A stretch of 64,000 bases of DNA. Source: Haliotis rufescens. Its lineage: Eukaryota. The DNA is taken from NCBI RefSeq assembly GCF_023055435.1, contig NW_025964374.1, positions 1,116,001 through 1,180,000 of the forward strand, given 5' to 3'. The notes below the pieces were generated by a model that was given only the letters and a program-made list of their open reading frames with translations, was not told the origin of the DNA and searched no databases. Shown in pieces: positions 25,245 to 36,515 of this stretch (position 1 is the first letter of the stretch; each line of letters begins with the position of its first letter). The position numbers and the translations under genes were made by a program.

Positions 25245-25470
25245 TCATAAAAAAGGTTTGCTAAAAGCAGAACCCACTGTATGGCTCTGACTTTAAATGT
25301 AACAAAATGTCAAAGCAAATGTCGAAAAAAACTTAGGTTGTATACTCCCCAGGGAGCTGAGAATGATTCTTGAGTGCACACTGATCCAGTGAACGGAGTA
25401 AAAATAGCGCTTTGAGCATGCCCCTGAGTGGTGTCGAAAAAGCGCAGTATAAATGGCATATCATAAAAAG
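25245..25470 (+). mobile_element. L2/CR1-type 3' end (LINE or L2-tailed SINE fragment)
   Basis: TGTATACTCCCCAGGGAGCTGAG ... AGCGCTTTGAGCA ... AAAAGCGCAGTATAAATG resembles the conserved L2 3' stem-loop. Confidence 0.45.
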
Positions 25471-26077
25471 AAGTACAGAAGTTAAAATTCTTTTGCAAAA
25501 ATTAATTTTTTTATCGCTTAAATGTCTGAACGTGAATATAATATAGTTGAAGCAATACAAAATTAATATCAATAATAAGAATTTGGTAAGAAAACCAAAC
25601 GACAGGAACTGGGTACATAAAACTCGGATGGATATAAAATTCATCATCGCAGCAATAAAACCAAAAGCATGTAACCTGATTAAAATCTGTTTATGACCAA
25701 AGTGATATTACCATGTCTTTCATCTTGTTAATTCAAGCAACTACATTTAACACAGAGGTAATTACTTGTCTCATGTTTTCATAATCTCAAATCAGAAAAA
25801 AAGCCAGATTTATTTCTTTGTGGCCAAGAAGGTCAGCAGCAGTGTAATCAAGACATTCTTATAGCACAATAAATTACAAAAACTCTTAAGGACATGTGCA
25901 ATATGCTGGAAAACAACACTGGGAAGTTAATGCTATACACCATGTGCACTGTTTATCTCACAATCTAATTGTATTTATGACACTGACAATGAACAAGTTG
26001 CTATCTAAAGTAATGTTGATGTCTTTTTGTTTAACAACCAGCACCAGATGCAACTTGCAGACCTTGCAGCAATCACT

Positions 26078-26980
26078 TTTTTGTTTGTTTGTTGATTAGC
26101 ACTGCACTAAGCAATATTCCAGCTATCTGACCACCATCTCTAAAAAGTCGAGTCTGGGCCTGACAATCCAGTGATTGACATAATGAGCATCCTTCTACGC
26201 AGTTGGGATAAGATGACATGCAATGAACCAAGCCACCATCCCGACCACCACATCCTTGTTTGTTTGTTGTTTAAATCCACACTCAGCAATATTTCAGCTA
26301 TATGATGGCGGTCTGTAAACAATCGAGTTTGGACCAGACAATCCAGTGATTTACATCATGAGCATCGATCTATCCAATTGGGATACGATGACATGCATCA
26401 ACCAAATCAGCAAGCCTGACCACCCGATCACGTTAGTTGCCTCTTACGACAAGCATAGTCATGTTTTATGGCAAGCATGGGTTGCTTAAGACCTATTCTA
26501 CCCCGGATCATCACGGTTAAGTTTGGATAAGATGACATGCAATCACCCAAGCCTAAATCCTGACCGCCGGATCCACTTAGTTGGATCCTCTTTTACAATC
26601 AGGTTGCTGGGGACGCATATTCCTACCCGGATCCCTGGGGTTTAGTGGTGAAAGTATTATTGTGTCAAATTAAAAATCAAAGATGATTGCACCTTACAAA
26701 TAAACTAATCATCTTGACTAGGTTGTTTGAGATTAACAACTTGATTGTTTGTTTGCCGGTTGTTTAACATCATTCTCAGCAATATATCCAGCTATATGAC
26801 AATGGTCAGTAAAAAATTGACTCTGGACCAGATAATCCAGTTATTAACATCATAAGCATGGATATACACATTTGGAATCGGATGACATGCATCAACCTAT
26901 TTAGTGAGCCTGACCACCCAATTCCAGTCCTTCCAACAAGCATGGATTGTTGAAGACCAATTCTAAGCTGGATCTTGACT
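26078..26980 (-). mobile_element. Cluster of nested or tandem SINE family B copies
   Basis: Minus-strand copies at about 26078-26255, 26257-26517 (full length), 26520-26640 and 26745-26980. Confidence 0.85.
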
Positions 26981-27735
26981 GAGACTTGATTGAAGTCATG
27001 ATGCTCATGGCCTAAGTATACAGGTAAATTATTGAACACAAAAACATTACAAGTAGTCATTTGATTTGACTTTTCTCAGGGTCAATACCTTCAACATGTT
27101 CAACAGCCCTGGTAGAAACTTGTTGGTGTTTACAGGTTCAGTACTCTTGACAAAATTCATTATCAAAAGATATATTTGGTGTACTTGAAGGTAAATGGTT
27201 TGGACACAAAGGGTTACAGAAACGCTCACAATATTCTTTACATTCAGGCAGACCTTGTGACGGTCGTTACAATATCAGCACCAGATTCAATATGGACTAT
27301 TGGGAGGAATCATATCTTTGTATTAGCAGTGGGACTTACATAGACTCCATGATGCGTTTCGGTAAGACTTGTAATATCTGGCCATACAGGTCAGAAAATT
27401 CATTGACAACGACAAGAATGTTTCAGAAACACATTGTCCAAAATAATTAATTCTGACGATCTCGTCAACGTGCATGATGACGTGGAACGAGATTGAATCC
27501 ATAAAATGGACAGTGCTCCCTGAACTGTAAAGGAATGCAGGGAAACACAGAGAAATGAAACCAACTGATGTTTGACTGAGCGACATTCTGACACAAGCGT
27601 GATCCATTCAGCAGTTTGTTCCCTCGCCGCTTCATTGACAGCAAAGAACAGCCCATCGATCTAGTTAATCTGAAATCTATCAACACTAAGAGACGGCTGA
27701 AGTGACTCGCATATCGACAACAAATACTGTGATTT

Positions 27736-27880
27736 CATTACCTCGGCGAAACACCATCACAATCCTTCGCATCTATGCAAGCTCTGACAAAGAGCATAAT
27801 ATCGCTGAGCGAGAAGTTGGCTTTTCAGCAGTCATACCTCGCCAAAATGGCGGCTTCTGGTTAATGACTTGAACCGAAAT
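27736..27880 (-). promoter_or_regulatory. Putative internal promoter or short non-coding first exon inside slit intron 3
   Basis: The minus strand reads GCCGCCATTTTG (YY1 consensus, 27854-27843) followed closely by GAG|GTATGA (GT at 27837-27836). A second donor CGAG|GTAATG has GT at 27741-27740. The site sits at the edge of the CpG-depleted domain. Confidence 0.5.
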
Positions 27881-28807
27881 TATTTATCACATGATAATTA
27901 CAAAAGCAGTTGTCAAAGAGTTCAGTTATTGAACATAACTATGGAAATAATGGATTAATGGTCTGAATTATCAGGCAGTCTGATTGTGTGGAATAATATC
28001 ATTTATTTAACGCCGAGGATTATATCTGTCATGGGGTTCGTTGATGACATCAACTAAAAATATAATTGCGATGTGCGCCGTACCTTTATAACAAACTACA
28101 AGAGTCGACGAAGAATCGAAAAGTCCACTTCCAATATATTTCAGGGCATTAGCCTAGTTTACAATGAACTTGGTCTGTAATGACCCACCCGGGTTAGGAT
28201 CTGTCTGCTCGTGATGTCATTCACTGGATTGAGTGGTCGAGATTATTTAAAGACCGCCGTCATGCGGCTTGAATATTACTGAGGGCGGCGTTGAACAAAA
28301 AAACAAATCAAAGTAACGACCGGTACGTGCCATACACTCTAACCGTAGCCTCGCATTATAACACATAATATAATTAATATCACATTAATTACACTGCCGT
28401 GACAAAGCGGGCTCTACGAGACAATTACTTGTGTAAACCCACCACGGGTCTGCATTTCTATTTCAAGGTTCACTGGCCTTACGCGATTTTTCTGAAGCAA
28501 ATTAAGCTACAATTGTCGTCTGCTTCACCTTTGCGTTTTGGGACACTTAAACTCCGAGGTTTTACAGATTCTGTTTGGCTTATGTCCACATCCTGATGAT
28601 GTCTGCTGGACCTTACTGGACAACATGGAAAACGCCCCACAATTACAACGTGGTTGTTTTGCTTCAAGGAATCAACACTCGTTCGGTGGTTCAAAAGCGT
28701 TCGTCAACAGATGCGCAACGACGTATCTGAGCCAGTTATGAAGCTGGTGCTTCATCTTCGAAACGAAACTGTCAAGAACCTGCGCAATCGCAGATTTGTA
28801 CTGGGCC

Positions 28808-28999
28808 TAATCTTTGATACAGACCCTGAAACAAATATATCTAATACATCCCATGCAAGTCTATAATTGTGGGCAAGTCTAGATTACTGTTTCAGGGAAG
28901 CGAGTCTCTGGGCTCCTTTTTATTACATTTTGTTAAGATAATTTAACAACTGTTTTTTACTGTAAAATATGTTCATTTCAGAGACTAGATGCTAGTCTA
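28808..28999 (+). mobile_element. AcademH-type MITE, subfamily F
   Basis: Ends AGACTAGATGCTAGTCTA. 9-bp TSD TACTGGGCC/TAGTGGGCC. Confidence 0.83.
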
Positions 29000-29003
29000 T
29001 AGT

Positions 29004-29108
29004 GGGCCTCTTTTACAATTCTATAAGTGCTGCAACAGTCATAAGTTTATGTTAAAGCATAGAAGTTACGATCGTTTTAGGCTGAGGTCGCTTTGTGGAA
29101 CGGGGCCC
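29004..29108. mobile_element. PIF/Harbinger-like MITE (about 105 bp)
   Basis: Termini GGGCC...GCTTTGTGGAACGGGGCCC. Homologous to 33123-33231 and 53815-53922. Confidence 0.6.
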
Positions 29109-30025
29109 ATCCGATTTTACTATCGGACAACTACTCTCACTAATACAAGTTTTAGTTAACAAAATGCCAATATCAATGTACATTTCTAGAGAAGTAATGA
29201 CGCGTCCTATATCAGCCCGTCACGCCTCCCCCTCTGACAGCCCCAACGTTAACAGTTTCACCAGACGGGGAAATCCCAAAGTACCCAAGCCTTCCTCGTT
29301 GTTTAAATAAGCTTGCAAATACTGCAAGTCAGGTTCCATTGAACAGGTGAACAAATACGCAGGCTACTTATCCACGTTCCCGGCAAAAGTACGTCATGTT
29401 GACGCCCTGAACTGGCACATCATAACATGGGCTGTCATTAATAAGGAGTTTATGTCTGTTCCGATTCCCTTCTCCATTCAAACTTAGGCAACCTTAAGAA
29501 CTGATTGCGTCCACAAGCCATAGATCGCAAGTTTAAAAGGGTAATTTCGACACGGATGAACGAGTAGATATAAAATTCATGGCCTCTCCGTTACCGCATG
29601 TGTCAAAATCAGTTTGTGGATATCTCGCGATAGTTTGGGAGAACTAGTTGTCTACATTGTGTTGAAGTGCTGGGTTGATCATAGCGTCATACATTCACGT
29701 TGTTGACAAGTGAACTCTGAGACATGCGGAGGTATAGCGGTTTACAGTTCTTGTGGGGAAATACTTGAAATGCCATGGATTAGAGTCCTGGCGAGACAAC
29801 TATGAAATGTAAAGAGATAGCACATCTCAGACCTTTGATTAATTTCCTTTGAATCGAGACGACTACAAGGAGAAATTGAAATATAAGCGTGAAGTCTAAT
29901 TTTCGGACTTAGTTACAAGTCAAAGCTCATTAAGGATTATATGCAGGCCGACACCATGTGGAGATAATACAAGAGTATATATGTGGTGGCACGTGGTCAC
30001 AAATCAGGCGAAGTTAAGCAGCGTT

Positions 30026-30187
30026 GGGGGCGGTCGGGTAGCCTAGTGGTTAAAGCGTTCGCTCGTCACGCCGAAGACCCGTGTTCGATTCCCGACATGG
30101 GTACAATGTGTGAAACCCATTTCTGGTGTCCCCCGCCGTGATCTTGCTGGAATATTGCTATAGCGGCGTAGAACAATACCCACTCAC
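30026..30187 (+). mobile_element. SINE family A, full length
   Basis: TSD TAAGCAGCGTTGG (30015-30027, 30188-30200). Confidence 0.95.
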
Positions 30188-30264
30188 TAAGCAGCGTTGG
30201 TCGTGAAGAGTTGTCATGGAGTTGAACTAGCGTTCTTTACAAACATTTACTTTTTCATGCAAAT

Positions 30265-30630
30265 CGTGTGAGTGGCAGGTTCTTCCGGTAGAGCAGGACT
30301 TTCTTACCCTTTTCAGGAACAGTTGATGTCGTCACTGTGAGTGTGTTTTACGCCGCTTTTAGCAATATTCCAGCAATATCATAGCGGGAGACACCAGAAA
30401 TGGGTTTCACACATTGAAACCATCTGGGGAATCGAACCCGGGCTTCGGCGTGACGAGCGAACGCTTTCCCATTAGGCTACCACACCGTCCCGGTGTCGTC
30501 ACTGATATTCAGTGATCCATCCATATACTTTTCACTGCTGTTTTGCCTTTTGCGTACAATGGAATCTGTTTCGGCAGATAATCGAGACTGATTGTTCTCT
30601 GTCGCTGAGGATTTATATTTTGTACAGCTG
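30265..30630 (+). repeat. Family D copy interrupted by a minus-strand family A SINE (30338-30493)
   Basis: SINE TSD TGTCGTCACTG (30327-30337, 30494-30504). Removing the SINE restores the D consensus. Confidence 0.85.
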
Positions 30631-31159
30631 CAGATTGATGTACGAAACAGTTGTTGAATCGAAGGCCATACATATGTTAGTTATTTTACAAAATAGTATA
30701 ACCCAAACTGAATCAGGTCAGATTATGACCCACGTACCCATACACCATGCAAACATCAATTTCAATGAACATCGGGTGGTTCCGTTTTGATGACGAATCA
30801 ACTCTTCAGTAAAAATAAGTGACAAACCCTTTCCATTTTCAATAAATAACTCTCTGCCAAAATCAGAGTCGATTGTACGATAGCATGTGGCTATGACTCA
30901 CGATCAATGGTGATGATACCAGCCGTTCGCGAAAAGGAGAGCGTATCCTTCCCCATCGGTGGCACCCACCACAAACACAAGCAAAGGCAAGTAAATTGTT
31001 CACCAACTGTTCACGAGTAAGTGAGTGAGTTGGTTTAAGAAGGAACCCAAAGTGATGCAGTCATTTTGTCGAAGTTGGTAAGTTGTATTGTAGTTTTCCC
31101 GAGTTCATGTTACACCCCTGTTATTATCACTACTCTGTATTCGACACACACGTGTAAAT

Positions 31160-31317
31160 GGGGCGGTGGCGTAGCCTAGTAGGTTAAGCGTTCGCTCGTC
31201 ACACCGAAGACCGGGGTTCGATTCCACACATAGTGCAATGCGTGAAGCCCATTTCTGGTATCCCCTGCCGTGATATTGCTGGAATATTGCTAAAAGCGGC
31301 GTAAAACTATACTCACA
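31160..31317 (+). mobile_element. SINE family A
   Basis: Diverged full-length copy. Confidence 0.88.
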
Positions 31318-31956
31318 GATGTATAACATTTCTATTTCCCTTTCCTATGTGCAACATACTTCGGCCATTTTCGTATGCACACATGGGGTTGGAATTCTAA
31401 TCCAGAAGCTGCCACTATTGTTATGCATCATACTAAATAGGCTAATCATAACTGACAATAACCATTGCGATAGGCCCGGATGTGGATTGTTATGGTCGCA
31501 CTTTGAAGAGGGCATCGCATGGCGTCAAAGTTGAACTATTTGATGTCTAATGGCGTTAATGACAGACCCTGGGCGAGAATAATCGCCATCAGCAGGCGGC
31601 AGGTTCACAGACACATCATATTACATAAATGTATAAATGACCCTTGATGTACAGTTGAATATGTAGATGGTGCAAACTAGATCCAAGGTTCACAGAGGTT
31701 GTGTTCTGTTCGAGTAAATTACAATAACGATGCTCCGACTACTCAAACCGCCACGACATACACCGGCCATGAGATAATTTCGTAATAATGTCATATAATC
31801 CAGAATAATCGCTGGTCATTACATTACAAGGGGTAGGAATTAACCTGGCAAGTATACCAGCCTAAATAGCGATACCATGTAAGAACCGCCACCAAGGATA
31901 TACCATTATACCATTGGATAAGGATACAAGGATATAACTTTGATTCGCATCCCTTT

Positions 31957-32110
31957 CATCATTCGTCACAACTCGTCCCTTTTCGTAACCTGCAAGAAGT
32001 CAATACGTCACCACTCGCTCCTTTCCTTAACCTGCAAGAAGACTCGTCCCCATATCGTGAATGTTATCATTCGTCACCACTCGCCCCTTTCCGTAACCTG
32101 CAAGAAGATT
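31957..32110. repeat. Three degenerate units of about 43 bp
   Basis: TCATTCGTCACCACTCG..TTTCCGTAACCTGCAAGAAG occurs three times. Confidence 0.8.
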
Positions 32111-33122
32111 CGCTATTCGGCTTGTCCCGGAATAAAACGAGATGTCACGAATGTTCTTTCATATCAACGTATTATCCAATTTGGCTTAGTGACGCAGAAA
32201 TTTTTATTTGTATTCACACAAAGGCTGCATTTATTGCTACTGTCAGACAGACCCCACCAATACATTCCGTGCATATACTCATAGGTAGAGGTGAACGCAT
32301 GTAGGTTAGTGCCGCAGTCAGCATTCTTGCTCAATCATGGCCTTCATAGGTAATAACAGAAAATAGCATACATTCCTCAACAGCGATTTCATCTAATATA
32401 TATCATCAGATTCAGTCTGTTCACACGACAACATTCAGGCGAGTTATCATTCAACAGTTTCAGCCGAATCGAGTCAAAAAGTCTACCCTTAAGAAGTTCG
32501 ATACTTATCGTTGGTAAAGATGGAAATAAGATATTTCCACATCTCGCAATAAATGTCAAGGAATTCAAGCAAATGTCACCGTACGGGTATCAAACAGACA
32601 AATTCAGTCCAGATATAATCTCGATACACTGCTCTGTCATCTCGTTCGAATATCCTCGCAACTACATGATGAATGAGGACTGTTATTGAAGACGCTTGCA
32701 GAGTGTCGCCAACACGCGTAGTAATACATCTAAATAGCGGAGGGATATCGCGGTTACGCCACCTGGTGATTGATGATCGAGTTAGGCAGTGACTGTCTAC
32801 TAGGAAAACAGACGGCGTAACCATCCAGTCCATCAAGAACTGGGCGCAGTCTATAGAGAAATCACACACCCTTTGTCCCTCGGCCTGTCAACATTGTTAC
32901 TTACCCTATTAAACTGGTGATTTATGTTACAGTGTATTGGGTAGGAAGCCCTGGCAAGAAATCTAGCAGTCATCCGAATTTCCTTCGGTTTGCTTAACTC
33001 TGGCATCTGAGAGTAGCTGGTTTAGAATTTCCGTTGTTTTATTGGTTACTCGTTGACTTAAGGAAGGCTGTTTCCGGTACTTATACACCATTGTCGCCAT
33101 CAGATGCGCATCATTATGTCCT

Positions 33123-33231
33123 GGGCCCTGTTCGACATAGCCACCTTAGCGTTAAGGTGATCGTAACTCCCATACTTTAACACTGGCTTACGATAGTCGT
33201 AGCGCTAAGATTGTTTTGTGGAACGGTGCCC
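33123..33231. mobile_element. PIF/Harbinger-like MITE
   Basis: TIR-like ends GGGCCCTGTTC / GAACGGTGCCC and a partly palindromic interior. Confidence 0.6.
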
Positions 33232-34167
33232 TTGACGATTTGAGTTGAGTGATGAGAACACGTCCGACGCACTATAGAACTATCTCAGTTATGTTTCGTA
33301 ATTAAATATTTAAGTGTCATGGAAGATCGGGACCGATTCTCAAAATGCGTAAAACGAAATGAATTCACTTGTAAACTTGCATATGTCATAGATACAGGTC
33401 TTTGATGCTGGTTCGAAGTAAATACTAATATTTTACGCAGTCTGCAGCCGTTCCTCAACAATGAACGTGAATGTTCATTGGACCTCTTACCACAATCTGT
33501 TCTTGCAACGGAATCGTCGGGTTATGGTGTCTCTGTTGAATTCACAGAAGCACACACTGTCAGCGTACCCCGATGACGTGGATCGCTGCTCATGCTATCA
33601 ACCACTAGTAGGCCCTACCCGAATACTTACAGGCACGGCAGCCGGAATATTGTGTTTTCTGGCATTAAATTGTTCTCACCACCTTTAATACAATTCAACA
33701 TCAGTAAAACCTTTTCTAAATCATTCAGTTGGCAAATCTTGCCTTTCAACCCAGCGAAGACCAGTCGACAGAAACGATATTGGCTGTCACTCCCCGCGCC
33801 AACAGACCAATAACAGACACCTGCTCTTAACTCCCGGGGGAAGTCTGTGCAACTTCAAACTCTTGACCGGTCACCGATAAGATATAATACTAACGAGATA
33901 CACCGCCTTACCATCGCTCTAAAGATATGCCAGCATTGCAAACACCGTCGGTAGATTCTCCAACATACACAGTTTCAGCGAGTAACGAAGTGGTCACCCA
34001 TTTTCACCGCGTGGTCAGACAACGGCTATGCACAACACGCATACTTACGATGCCATAACGGTTGCCCATCACTGAGCGTCTGGTCAAGACTCGATTGCTT
34101 ACGTAGGCCGCCGTCTAATGGCCGAGTACTGTTGTCAGGCGACAATGCTTACTTTTTTATGTACATG

Positions 34168-34350
34168 GTGTGAGTGGCGGGTGCTACTGGTAGGGCGGGA
34201 CAGGGCATGCTTACCCTTTTCGCAAACACCTGGTGTCACCACTGATTTTCAGTGATCCATTGATACTTTTCACCGCTATTTTGACGCTATTTTACGTTCT
34301 GTTCTGTAGATAATCGAGACTGATTATTCTTTGGCGTTTTATATTGTAGT
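34168..34350 (+). repeat. Dispersed repeat family D
   Basis: GCATGCTTACCCTTTTCGCAAACACCTGGTGTCACCACTGATTTTCAGTGATCC core. Confidence 0.8.
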
Positions 34351-35315
34351 AACTCCGACGTAGGCCTGGATTTTCGTTTACTTGGCACACACCCAGAAGG
34401 AGTATGTACACACATGCAACACTACCAACAAAAATGTGTTAACGAAGATATTCATTCTGACACAGACTGCCAAGCGAAGACACAGACAGCCTAAATTTCT
34501 GATTCGTGGCTAAAAAAATGTATTTCTATTCCGCCCCATTACTGGCCTAGTTTCGTAATGGCGACCTCGATAGCTGACGCCGTACTCATAAAAGCCCTTT
34601 TTAATCCGTTAAAATGGGCACAGACTGTGAAACAAAAGCTGGGGGATGGAAGGCAATCCCCCTATGTTGCAAGTGACGCGTTACAAGCACCTAATAGCTG
34701 TTCCAGTGGAAGATCTTTATCGAGTAACTCGTTAAGATGGCTAATCAGAAGGCTGACAGCACGTGCAGCGCGTGCAACCATGGCTCGTCTACAAGGATGT
34801 ATGAGAACTGTTCTTTGATTGCTATCTGCATGTCCATCTAATAAAGCCATCTCTGCAATGCCTGGGTCGACTTGTGATCCAGTATCTGTAACGCCGTTGT
34901 AAACAACACCTTCGCCATCGTCGACAAGGAACGCTACATTTTCAGTACAGAACAACGACGGTCAACCGGAACACGATGTATACAACTTTTACACTCGTAG
35001 ACACAATGCCAAGCCTTAGCGCCCGATAACGGTGAACAGATGAAATGATAACTTAAAGATTCAATCTTAATAAAAGAGTATCTCGTAAAGCAATAGTCTC
35101 GTCGGTTTGCGACAGGTTTTAGTACACTAATTTTCTGGCCTCTGGCTTCTGGTTGAACGCTGGTGCGGACTACTTGCGTAGAGGGCCAAGTTCATCACCG
35201 AAATAGCAACCGAATCTCGCAGTCACACGTCGGTATGCAATGGGTTAAGTACCATGGCATCTCATCCCTGCCAGACACAGTCCCGAGGGGGGGGGGGGGG
35301 GGAGACCGGGTGCGA

Positions 35316-35487
35316 TAGACTTGCACAAATCTCTAAGGTAGGCAATAATTATTACTTCAAATCATAATTTCTAGTTATGATAAGAACAAGTTGTCCCAAA
35401 ATGAGACTGGAATCCTTACTGTCCACACATCTAGACTTACTACACATCCATGGACGTATCTTTTAGTACAGCCTAGGCGCAAGGCTA
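35316..35487 (+). mobile_element. AcademH-type MITE, subfamily G
   Basis: TAGACTTGCAC...CAAGGCTA with degenerate 9-bp TSD CGGGTGCGA/GGGGTACGA. Confidence 0.75.
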
Positions 35488-35684
35488 GGGGTACGATTAC
35501 ATCGGATCCATGGATTGGTTCAACTTTCAAAATCACATATTGATCCCTATGATATATACAATAAGTTATACGCTAGTGTTATTGAAATGAACGTGTAAAT
35601 TAAATAAAAAGCAAGAAAGTCAAGCAATCCGTATCGCCTTCCATCAAGCCCTTGTGGCTGAGAATTCAATATTTGACACACACC

Positions 35685-35908
35685 TAGTCCTGCGCCATGA
35701 CTGTGGAATATATGTATTTTAAACAAGTACATGCATTTCTTAACAAACCAATCTATTAGCAGATCCTTATTTAAGCAAGTCTAGCCAGTTTCGGACAACT
35801 CTTTTCCACAATAAAATGAAATCAGAATAAGAAAAAATCATTGTTTCTTCTTTAGAGGAGAGAAATGTATTGTGTAATAAAATATTTCATAGCCAATATG
35901 TTAAACTA
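35685..35908 (+). mobile_element. AcademH-type MITE (subfamily shared with 38976-39173)
   Basis: TAGTCCTGC...CTA with perfect 9-bp TSD ACACACACC. Confidence 0.82.
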
Positions 35909-36261
35909 ACACACACCCTCCTCAAAACATCCTGTTTCCACCTCTGGTAACAAGGGGGTTTGGGCTACCACTGATAGGTTGTCCTCGCCTGTTTATTCCG
36001 AATGAGCGTGTTTAGTAACAGGGATACACTGGTATTTAAACACATGCGTGTACATGTCTGGCGGAAGGGAAGTGTTTCTCTTCTACAGTACAAGATGAGT
36101 AGTGTGGCCGCTATGTTGTCATTTCGACGGCGTGGATCATTACTGGACCGAACTGGACCGAACTGGACCATATTCCATAACTTACGGTTGCCGCGATATA
36201 ACTGTGGTATTGCTGCCTGTGTCATCGAACAAACATTCACCGAAGTCTTTCTCTGCATTGG

Positions 36262-36515
36262 TGAGTGAGTGACTTTGGTTTAATGCTGATTAAAACAATA
36301 TTTCCGTTCTATCACGCGTGTCGTCTTAATGTAGGAGGAAAACCCGAAGTGATGCAGGTCTCAGACGATTACCACCTTGGTGAAACCCATGAGCACGGGT
36401 ATGGTGCTGACAAACCTAGAAACATAATCGGGGCGAACCGGGATTCAAACCCACAATCATAGGTATCTGACACGTCTATGGGACGCAATTTGAGCCTTAG
36501 ACGACTTGGCCGTTC
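36262..36515 (-). mobile_element. SINE family C, diverged
   Basis: Aligns to 10853-11132. CpGs largely retained. Confidence 0.88.

Noticed and set aside
34662-34955. 97-aa minus-strand ORF with protein-like composition
   Set aside because: TTG start with an in-frame stop just upstream, no convincing splice sites and no recognisable domain.
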